Assembly: GCA_965112155.1 (NCBI GenBank)
Contig: OZ218102.1
Length of the DNA stretch: 64,000 nt
Source of the DNA: Podarcis liolepis
Lineage: Eukaryota
Strand: one strand, 5' to 3'
The notes below the pieces were generated by a model that did no database searches, was not told the DNA's origin, and saw only the letters and a list, made by a program, of their open reading frames with translations. Positions within the stretch are counted from its first letter, which is position 1. Each line of letters begins with the position of its first letter. This document shows, in pieces, positions 42,795 through 54,700 of the stretch. The position numbers and the translations under genes were made by a program.

Positions 42795-45700
42795 GTAAGT
42801 AACGTTAAGGAAAATATATTTGGTAATGTGTGAAAGAAAAAAGTACAATCAATTTTAATGCTGCGCTTGAATAAATCTTTTATCTGTATAACCCAGAGAT
42901 CTTCAGAGGAGGTCTTGCTGAAGGTGCCACAAATTGCAAAATGCCATTTGATGGCAACACGAAAGTGGGCCTTCTCTGTAGTGATGTCTCTGGACGAGTG
43001 TCCTCCCTTCTGCTCAATTGTGTGCTTCCAACACTAAAAATTCATCTATTTCCATGGCCTTTCCCTGACAAGTGGCACTAATCCTGCTGCTCTATACTAT
43101 TGGTGATATCTGTAATATTATTTTAACTGAAATGCTTTAAATGTATTTTTATTTCTATCTTTGTAAGCCATTTTGAGATTTATTTGCAATGGTAAAATCA
43201 ATTAAATAAACAAATAAAGAGACGCACTACCAAAAAAAGGATATCATTGCTTCAGTATCCAAATGACAAAGCAACTTCTTCAGAGGAGGATAGTGACACA
43301 GGGATGGCACACAACCCAGCATGATTAATTTGTGTTTTGCTCTTGTGATAGCAACGTTGAGACGTCTCCAGTCCTTCAGAAGTTCTCCAAGCTATCAGAA
43401 GAAAGAGCAGTTGACCTAGGCTTAAGATTTTGCAGCTGACTGAGCTTGCCAGGTTTTATATTTCAAATATAAAACTAAGCAGAACAGAACACCATCAGAA
43501 GAAGGTAGCAATCTGCTTTCTTCATTGCACAATCCACCAACAAAAAGAAAAGCAGTGTATTTCTGATCTTTGGGGTATCCATGCAAACATTTTTCATGCA
43601 CTGAGAAGGGAGCTGGGTCTCGCCTTGCAGCCATGCCTCTCGCCAACCATGCATTCCATCAGTGTGTGAAGAACTATGTGCACAGTACCTCCCTGCAATG
43701 GGAGGAACTTGGGCCAATCAGAATTCCTCCCCTCACCTGGAGGCACTGTATGCACATAGGGTTGCTTCACTTCCTGGCTGAAAGTGTGGCTGACAAGCAT
43801 GTGCAGCTGCTAGATACAATCCTCCATTCTCCCCATCAGCAAAGGATATCATCCGTAACAGGGGTTGTGCACACTCACAAGGGGATGTGGTCTAGATTTC
43901 TTTTGAAAAGCAAAAGGGCAAAACTCCAAATTTCATAATGGACCCATGAAACTGTTCAATTACTTAGCTAAAATATTTGCACTTCTTATCATTTTGGAAT
44001 AAATTTGTACAGTCAGTTTTTTCTTACCAACTTCTGTGTTTTCCAAGCACAACTAAATAAGAAGCCATTTTCAGATGGACAAATCTTAACTTTCCAGATT
44101 ATGAACTGCTCAGTGATTCTAAAATACAGCCTACTCACATTTCCATCGGCATTATTCCTTACAAAGGACACTATGATGATACTTTTGTCTCTTCCTTGGT
44201 ACTTGTCCACAGTATTTACTTCTACATTCTTGATAAATGAACTTGTCATCAAGTCTGTGATTATCTTTAACTGATGTCTGTATGGAGATATGACCCCAAT
44301 ATCTGAGGGCTTGCAACCAGCCTAAAAAATAAATCCCAGACATTCAATGATTAAATCTAGCAAAAGAGTTGTTTTGGGGTATATGCTATCAAGAAACATT
44401 CGTGGAAAATGGAGTATAACAAACACAAAATAATTAGGCATTAACCTGAAGTCAAACAAATAAGAAACAAAAATGCAATATTAAATATAGTTACAAAAGT
44501 GAATCGAAACTGGTTCCTTTAAACTATGGTTTAAAGTTATGTGGAAACCAGGTCAACAAGTGCCCATATAAATAGTGTGGGGTTGTTGTTTTTTAAATGC
44601 AGATTGTAATTGCTTATAATGCGCTCCAACAGCTAGGTGCTATATAGTGAAGAAGAAAGAAATACTGGAGAACCATTATTTTAGCTTTTTAAATAATGTG
44701 TCCGCTAGTGGATGCTATAGAAGCAGTTTACTCAAATAAGCATATCTCTGAACAGTGACTCAGTATACATACAGAATCAGGAGTTTAATGGCCAAAGCAT
44801 GTCAGTTTTCAGAGCTGACCACACCATTTCAAAAATCCTTCAGATACCTTGATAAACATGGATGTCAGGAAGAGAACCAGTCTGGCTTCCGTCATGTTAC
44901 TTACACCACCTTTTTCTGTAAGTTCTGGCGCTGGAACCTGTACCAAAGAAAAATCCTACACATTTTAATCTGTAACAAAGCAAGTTCAATTTTGCTTGCT
45001 AGCTTTTAAAAAAAGGTGTAGTGGATTTACTTATATTAAAAAATCTCCATGTAGGTGATTTGGTTATGCTAAAGGGGACAAAGCCCACACAATTAAGAGG
45101 AAGGAGCCATACTGGAAGTTAGTATACTAATTCATCAAATTTACTCATCATGTCACACAACCCAAAGAAGACTTGAAGCAACTTACAAAAAAATAATACA
45201 CAAACATACAATGTATAGAACAAATATTCATTAAAACAATACTGATATACTACAAGGGTTTAGAAACAAAAACAGCCAACAGAAGAACTAATACTAGAAA
45301 ATAGTCATTAAAGCCAGAACTTCCAGGCGTTGTCCAAATACAGGCAGAATAAATATGTCTTTGCCTGGCCCTGGAAAGATTATAAAGACGAACCTCCCTG
45401 GGCAAAGCATTCCCTAAGGAGGGGACTACCACAGAGACAGGACATTTTTAAAGCATTTCATCTTCAATTTCCTAATGAATAGGGTGAACATAGAAATAAC
45501 TGTTTATTAGGGCAAACAAGTAAAATTTACCTTTTCTGTGTTAAGGAAACAAACAGGGTTGTTTGGATCAAGTGTTTCCTTTAGCCAAGTTTCTGAAGAA
45601 AACTTCTGGTCCAATTTCAAGTCTTTTAAATTTGGCAAGTCAACTATGGCTTTGGACACCTTCTCAGAGCCGCATTCCAGTTTGCCATTATATACCAGGT

Positions 45701-48700
45701 TGTTGCTCAGTGACATAATTTTACTAAAAGGTTTCAAAAAACAAAGCAATGTCAAATTTGAACACTTATAATACGTGGCGACTAAACAATAGCTACTTAA
45801 ACTACCGACCTGTTCATTCGGTACTGTACAGTCAGCTGAACAATGGCATTCTTGTTTCGTTCCAGTCTTTTGAATAAACTTTCACCCATGCCAAGATCTC
45901 TGTTAAAAAAAAAAAGAATCAGTCCGTGGCTAACACAAAGCTTTGTTGATCATAAAAAGGTAAAGGGACCCCTGACCATTAGGTCCAGTCGTGGCTGACT
46001 CTGGGGTTGTGGCGCTCATCTCACTTTACTGGCCGAGGGAGCCGGCGTACAGCTTCTGGGTCATGTGCCCAGCATGACTAAGCCGCTTCTGGCGAACCAG
46101 AGCAGCGCATGGAAACGCCGTTTACCTTCCCACCGGAGCGGTACCTATTTATCTACTTGTACTTTGACATGCTTTCGAACTCCTAGGTTGGCAGGAGCAG
46201 GGACCGAGCAACGGGAGCTCACCCCGTCGCGGGGATTTAAACCACCGACCTTCTGATCGGCAAGTCCTAGGCTCTGTGGTTTAACCCACAGGGCCACCCG
46301 CGTCCCTGTGTTGATCATACTACATGACTTACTTTGTCAGCAGGATGTCCTCTTACCTTGCTTCTGCATTTTGCACAAGTGGAGGTAGCTGCTGATGGTC
46401 CCCCACTAGCACAAACCGAAGTGAATAGAATAGTGGACCCAGGCAGATCGGCTGGCTTATTTGAGAAGCCTCATCCACTATGCAGAAGTCAAATTGTTTA
46501 CGGGTGAAAATTGGATGCTTTATTCCCATGCATGTTGTGGCAACTACAGGCTAGAAAGAGAGTAAAAACTATTATTATTACCTGCCCCTCACCCTAAGGT
46601 CTCACGGCGAGTTACAACAAAAGATTCCTGTATTGTAGAGGGGTGGACTAGACGATCCTTGTGGTCCCTTCCAACACCATAATTCTAAATGTTAAAAGCA
46701 GTTTAAAACAATTTGCAGTCACAAAGTAAGGTAGACCCTAAAAAATACACTTCAAGTGTCTAAAGACAGGGTGAAGAGGCATGTCTTCCGCATTTGCCAA
46801 AAGCTGTATAATGAAAATGCCAGACACACCTCTATGGGAAGTTCTACCACTTAGGGGCTGCCAGAGAATGTCCACATCCACACCCACAACCTGCAACTTC
46901 TTTTCAATATGTCATTGTAAACCTTGTATTTTCTAACTCTAACTTTTGTATGAAAAAAATGTACAAATGTTTTCCGTTCAGAACAGTTATGTCTAAACAA
47001 TGCAACACTGCTGACTCTATAGATCATTAAATGCACTCTATACATGCGCTCTTAAAAAGCAGTTCTTGCTTTTATGGTTGTTTAACCTGAGCGTTTGGCG
47101 TGGTTCATCATGGTATAGACCTTTGAGGGAGTAAAATTAGGGGTGGGGGTGCAAGTTGATCACAAGCAACTCAGTAAGGTCAAGTCTTGCTGAGCACCCG
47201 TGCACCACGGCCACGTCCTTATTGCGATTTAAATAGTAAGTAAAAATAGCGGTTTGCAAATGCGGAGATAATGTGTCTGTAAATTATTTATGATGAAATC
47301 TGATGGCTGAGATTTGCTTTTCAGATGGAAGAATGTCTCTCACAGGGAAGGCCAACATCTTCACTGGGAAACACTATTCCATAAAGAACAATCCAAGGCT
47401 GAAAGTGTATTTTGCCTTTGTACAACACAACCAGCCCCCTCTAGTGGTATGGGTCTCCCAGTTACAAAGCCTATATTATGAATATTTGCATATTAAATAC
47501 AAAATTCAAAAGATGCAACACAGCATGAATACATTTACCTTTTTCAATGTAAGTAAAATTGGTATGGACAAACATTTTATTTGTACCTTGATTCAAATCT
47601 GGGGAGGCTTCATAACCAAAGCATAAGCGCCGTGAAAATAAAGCACTAAATGCACTGCAGACAGGCAGACACCTCCAGCTAGATGTTCATTTTCCAGGTA
47701 GTCCTTTTTGAAATACATCTCAGAGATTCTAAAACCCTGAAAGTCATTTTCCTTACTTGACTACGATACAGTTCTTCCAAGTCAGCTACAGTCTTAATGC
47801 ATTTGGATCTGCAGATCTCTTCCTCTGTGAACTTCTGAATGGCCGGATGAACCTTCTGAACTCTACCCAGTCGCAGAAAGCCTACTTTGAACTTTGCCAG
47901 CTTCAGAAGGATATTGTCAACTGCAGTGTGAGTAAAGCTAGTTAAGAGAACACTGAAGCCACAAGCATAAAGAATTCGGACCTAAATGTGGGAAAGGAGA
48001 CAAAGGAGGGGTGCCTTAATTTGCATTTTCGTACAAGTCATTCCCCCAATTCTAAAACCCAGCTGTCAATGTAGAAGAAAATTCCATGTATGGAGTGTGC
48101 GTGTTTTTCAGATCACCACCACCTACATTTAAGAAAGGCATTAGGGAAGCTGTGGTGCGATGGAGGCTGGTCTTGAGACTATGGACATTGATCAAAGTGG
48201 GGGAGCGCGCACAATCACTACTGCCCATGCATTCAACACTCACAGGAAGGGGATTTACGTGTATCAATGTCTGTGCAGAGATATTCCGTATGAAGCGGGA
48301 TCCTGGCCCAATCAGGATTTCTCCAATAATGTGTGGTAGAGCTCTATGTCCAAATGTAAACATGCACAAAGCCCCTTCCTAATCATGCCAAACACAGCTG
48401 GTGAGAGGTATATACAAGTCATGGGTACACCAAAGCCCATCTAGCTGCCCTGACACACTTCTTAAGACACACAGGGGGTGTCATTTGACACACCCTCCCG
48501 TATTAATAAACTAGTAGTTAAGTACTTTATTTACACCAGTGGAAATCCTGAGTGCAGATTTGTGGTTTTGAAACATTCTCTCTTCAGAGAACACATTTTC
48601 CTAACATGCCATATATAATATCTACATTAAGCATATAACTGCTTGAGCAGAGTTTGTTTTTTAATGAAACTTCTTACACATCACATTTTGGGTGTTTCAA

Positions 48701-51700
48701 TCATTACAGTCCTACGGACTGCATGCACAAAATTCATTAACACCGTTTTTTCAAACGTTCCCTCTTTCCGGAATCTTACCAGAGCACATATTGTGGTGGT
48801 TTTTCCTGTCCCAGGCATCCCGACAATGAGTGTGTAATCCTTTGAAAGCAGCACTTGTTTCATTGCTTGTTTCTGGGGTTTATTAAGACCTTTGATTTAT
48901 GGGGGGGAAATAAGTAAATACAGTAAGTTCTCTGCCTTCATTTTAAACATAATTACCAGGACCTGGGGGACTATTGAGGTACCTATTTTACCATATCAAA
49001 ACATTAGCTATATTTGCATGTACAGGGGCAGAATACACAGTTCAATCCTATGCACCTTTACCCAGCTAGTTCCACTAAGTTCAGTAAGGGTTGCTCCAGG
49101 TAAATGCGCAGAGGATTACAACCTGATTAAGAAGTGTAAGGTAGATAATCTCATTCATGCTTTGCTTGGAATTCCCGTAACTTCCTGCTACATCAATTAA
49201 TACTCTGGAGAACAGGCCTGCTACAAATTTGGTATTGGTTTCAAAATTCATTGACCACACATTTTAAACCTGGGCTTCTAAGCAGCAACTCAGTTTCGGC
49301 TAAAAATTGCCTGCAGGCAACCAGGCAGAGAAACTTATGGAAACAAAATAACTTCATTTCTTCTTTAAGGCAATCCATATGCCACAAATGACTAGCAAAA
49401 AGTCTCAACAGCAAAGATTATCTTTTGTTGACTAGCTTGCAAAGTTCTGAACGTGAACATTACTGCAGCAGAGCACATCTTGAAAAGTCAACAGAAAACT
49501 TCCATTAAGTTTGGGATAAGGCATGCCACCACGAAGAGCTGTCAAGCATGCATTGGTTCTTTGTTTGCTTTCAGGCAAAATTCAGAATGCTTCTTCAGCT
49601 TAGAAAGCTTCAGTCTCTCAATGAATTCAACAATCCTCCTCTAACCACATGAGAGGTTGCCTTCCCTGACATACAGTACTCTTTAGGAAGAGAAATCGCA
49701 CACATCTGCATGACATTCACTGAGAGGAGAAACAAGCTTGGGTTTGGGTTCATATTCCAGCTCAGCCACAGACTCTCTAAATAACAGGACATTTTTAATG
49801 AATTGTGTAAAGAGTTTTTAACTTTTGATTGGTTTACGTATTTTAAATATAATTAGCCCTGGGACAAAAGGGAGGGATATGAATTATACAGATAAAAGTA
49901 CCAATGTTATTGAGAGTCGTCACCTGTTTTTACATGCCCAGGCTTTGGGATTTGCCAGGTTACAAGACTGCAAGAACAGTATTTCATTCTTACCCCAGCA
50001 AAGTAGGTATTTATAGAGCTTCAGCAAATGAGCATTATTTTATCTTTCAATGAGCTGATTCATTGAAAATGCATGGCATCCAGTGCCTTAAATTTTCAGT
50101 CACAAGGTTTTCCGCTGAATCTCTAGGCAGGAAATCCAATTTTCTAATATAACCAGACCTTAATAGGATTTTTTAAAATAAAAAAATGCATCTACTGTAC
50201 CTTTTAGAATGTTCGCAACAGTTTCCTTTGCTTCTGGAGGAAGGACAGAGCTCAGATGTTGGATGAACTGTGGTTTCTGAAAGTCTATTATTAAATTACG
50301 AAGCCTTTCACTAAAAGGAAGGATTGAGAGGGAAAGGAATAAACAAAAATTGAAAACACATTTCTAGAAATGTTAGGCATGGAAGGAAGATAAATTTGAA
50401 CAGACCTTGCAGGAGAATTTCCCATCAATTTAGAAAGGTTTCCCAATGGAGCATCTGTGCCAAAAGCTCCTTCTTCATGGTCTAACCTAAATATAGTGTC
50501 TTTCGGGATACGTGACAAGTTCCTGGAAGGCAGGAAAAAAGTTATCACTCAGATTCTAAGACCCTGAGTATTAGAAAATATACTGAGAAGTCTTTCCCAA
50601 ACTGGTGCCCTCCCATCACCCCTGACCATGCTGTCTAGAGCTAATGGCAGCTGTAATTCAAAACATGCTGAGGGCACCAGGTTGGATAGGGAGGCAATGG
50701 ACATTTCCCAGTTGCAAGTACCTGCAGCAGGGAGACAAAGCCCACTCTAACTGCATGCATTTGTATAATACATGTTTGACACAAGAACAGTATGTTATTA
50801 CATGTTATTACATGAACTCTCCTGACAAGTAAAGCACTATGTTACCTATCCAATAAGCAAGAGATTTTGGAGCCGTTGACCTGTTGCACATAACCAATCG
50901 CCAAGCCAAGCAAAGTGCTGTCCGCTTCACCACTCACAACAACCCTGTCTCCTATCATCAGAGTTGTTGCAGGCGCAGAACCCTTTTTACGCTGGAAACA
51001 GTGTAAATACAGTCCATCGGACACCTTCTGCACGCACTCCACCCTGATCATGTTTCCAATGCAGTCTCCGTGTTTCTCCCTACAAAAATTAAAAACAAAT
51101 GAAGTTTGGGAAAGCTCACGGTACACAATTGCTAGCCCGTATAACTCTTTGCTTTAAGGAAACTGAAAGAAGTTTCATCTACATTTTTAGCTGCCATTAC
51201 TCTGAAAAACTCGATGTCAACAGTTTCGGTAGCTAAAGCAAAGTTTGAAAGTGGCCCTACAAAATCACCAATACCTTTCTGCAGCAGGTATCATCCATAT
51301 GTTTCTGCAGCCCTTCTTTCCATCTTTATATTGTGACTCCAAGGTTAGCATCAGATACCAGAGATGGAAATACTCCAGGTGCGAGGGCTTCAGGTGCTGG
51401 GTCTCATTTTCAACAGCAGCAAGCACATCCGGAGAAATAAAGTGATTTTGCTGCTGTTCCACAGCCCTAAAACAGAACACAACATGTATCCTCCTCTAAT
51501 TTCAATCATGACGGCTATGATAATTCTGCTAAGAAACTTCATAGATGGCTACAATTTGAATTATGTCTGTGCTATCTTCATATAAATTCTTAGGGAGACT
51601 TACACTAGTGCACCTGCATCCTTCTACCCCCTGAAAACCTACTTCTATTGCTTTCCCTGGATTTTATCAATAGATTCTCTCTGGTTTTAGGGTAGCTACC

Positions 51701-54700
51701 ATTTCAGCATGCACTATCGTAGTAGAACCATTATCATATTTAGGGTCATGCCTACATTTCTGCTTGGTATAGCTCACAGCTGGAAAACTAAATCAAACGC
51801 AATATGGCGTGATCCAAAATATTACATTTGACATTACACAGAATCTCGAACACAGAAAAGAATCAATTATTTCACACCTGGATCTAATGTAGCCTTGTCC
51901 AAAACTGTGATGTAGAAAACGGAGCCTTAATGAAACCACAGCATCAGCCATTTTAAACGGAGATCAGCTTGCAAAGAGCTTGCAGGCTTTTAAAAAGGAA
52001 TTTACCTGCTATAAAGTGCACAGTTCTGTTTCTGAGAGCAATAGCTGCACGCCTTACTGTCACTAATCAGAGGAGGCAAAGATGCAAGCTGTGTCCGCTC
52101 CTTCCCAGTGTCAGATTTGCATACGGTGTGAAGCAAATAGAAGGCCAACTCATTTCTTAGTTTGATCAGTTCTGCAGAGGGAGAAACAAAAATGATGTCC
52201 AGGTCATCGTCCCCCCCAAGTTTCAAATATTTAGGGAAAAGGCACAAGGAAAACTACTTTGGCTCTGCGCTCACTGGCCACTCGGAGTGCCCAGGAAACA
52301 CAGAGACAAGATGACACATCTCTGCCTCTCCCTGCAATCTGAAGCTGGATGGCACGGTGCTAGTGAGGCGACAGAGACTTGCTTTGCACAAATCCTAAGT
52401 TTCCTCTCAACTTTGGGGCTGGGGGTGAGTAGGGATCATTCCCCTTCACAGCAGTTCCAAGACTATGAGGAAGCTTAGAACTCATTATTTCATTTATTTG
52501 TTTTCTATATTTACATCTCACGCTTCCTTCCAAAGGAGACCATGCTACCCTGAGGCTGTCTTGGGCATTTACTGAAATTTGAGGCCTTTACTCAACTGGT
52601 GCACCAATTTTGTCTTTCCTTGGGAAAGGACGAACTTGCCATAGTTTTCCATGCCCATGTAGTTCCCAGCTTGAATTGCTGAGATGGGCTCTACATGGAC
52701 TCCCTGTTGAAAAGGTTTTGGAAACTTCAGTTGGTTAATATAAAACCTCACTAGACTGATAATGGGACCTTGCCATACTGAACAAATACAAGATCTTCAC
52801 TGGCTACCAGTTTGTTTCCAAGCACAAATCAAAGTGCTGAAATTGACTAATTAAGTCCTAGATAACCTAGAACCATGGCAGCTGAAGGCTTTCTTTCTCC
52901 TGTAAAAACTTCCTATTTGCCAATGTTGTCACTGGATGCTCTGCTCCGAGTCCCTTTGCTTTTTCAGTAGCAGGGCCCACATTTTGGAACGCTCTCCCCA
53001 GAAAAATTCATCTGGCACTTGCAATTTTTCTGTGCCAATTTAAATCTGTTTTTTTACATGAGCTTTTTGTAAGAGACAGCAAATTTGTGTTTGTGGTGAG
53101 GGGGAGAATCTTAAACTATTGAATTCTGCTTTATCTGTTTTTCCTTATTGAATTGCATTTTTTTTATTAAAAAAAAATTCTAGCCCCCTTGAAGACTGCA
53201 TTGTTGAAAAAATGAGATGGAAATATTGTAAACACAACACCGCCCAAGGATTTTTCCAAGCAGAAAATTACCTCTCCTATCCATACGATTTCCAGGTACA
53301 GGAAACATATTCCCAGTTTTAAGGTAAAGGAGGAATCCAGCTTCAGGATCAGCTCGTCTTCCTTGGCACAACAAGGAGTACAAAACCACCTGGGGGAAGA
53401 ATCCAAAACTATTAAAATGGAATGTTAAATGTAGGTATCAACCAAGTTGCACCACTTTGCAGTTTCTTGCTGCAGTAATCACACACAATATGTCCCCCAC
53501 CAGTGAGCATACAAATTATGTATCGCTAGCAAATAAGCACGCAAGGGCTGCATCAAGACCAGTAATATGGGCGTCAGAGCTGAGGAAACTATAGTCCCAC
53601 TAACCATTCCTGGGGATGGCATACTGCATCATGCGAGGGACTTAATCAGTCAAGCCAGTTATCGCAATGAATATATTCACAGAAGCCGCCCTAATTATTT
53701 AGTGCAGCACAACAGCCAGGCCTATAGCCAGATTACCAACCAGACTTACGATTTTGCTATTCTTCCTACTCTGCTGGCTTCTCATTTTCTGCTTTTAGCA
53801 ACAGACAGAAAGAAATGAGGATCTTTGGACACCACCCAAAAAATAAATAAATCCCTGCATCCAAGAAAGATAGAGCCTCTAGAAGACCTCATCAACTGAA
53901 TTTAAGGAAGATCAAACAGTAGGTGCTACTAACCAGAACACAAACTTTGAAAGGCAAAACCAGAGCCTTGAAATGGACCCAGAAAGAAATGCAGATGCTT
54001 CAAAATAAATAGTTTGTTTCTGCCTATCAGTATCTTCAACAGAGGCCCCACATAAAATACACTACAGTAACCCAATCTCCCAATCTGGATTGTCAAAGAC
54101 ATGAATGACAGCAGTTTCATTGCCTTTTTCATCAGCGGACACAGGAAACCAAACAAAAAAATCTGATAAACAACAACCTAGGGCACAGACCCTGTCTAGG
54201 AATCCAAGTACCACCTTCCTCCAGCTACATAATTTCCCCTTAATGTACAATTTTAGTCAGTCTACTGAGTTCCTGCTAGCATCAACTCTGTACTATTTAT
54301 ACTGGGCTTAAGTTTATTCACAATCATTCAGTCCATTTCAGACACTAACTGAGGGAAATCACGACCGGAACACCTGGCTCTGATGATAAAAAAAAGAGTT
54401 CAGTATTATCAGCACATGGGTGACAACTTCAGCCAAAGGTTTCATGTTGATGTTAAGGATCATGGGAGACCCAACTGAACTCCAATGAACCCTGCAGAGC
54501 AAATCCTATAGGAAGGAGCAACTGCCTCACAGCATCAGCTTCTGGAACCTTCTGAACCCACCACAAATGATGCTTAAAAACAATTAAGAACATATTAAAA
54601 CATTTTAAAAACTTAATATTTAGTCAGCGCCTTTCATGTACCCTTTAAAATTAATTACTATAATTCCTATTTGTACCTGACTTCTGTGTTCTATAGAGTT

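Noticed and set aside
48052-48382. Opposed ~100-aa ORFs in DNA2 intron 13
   Set aside because: No recognisable motif or splice context; could not be assigned.
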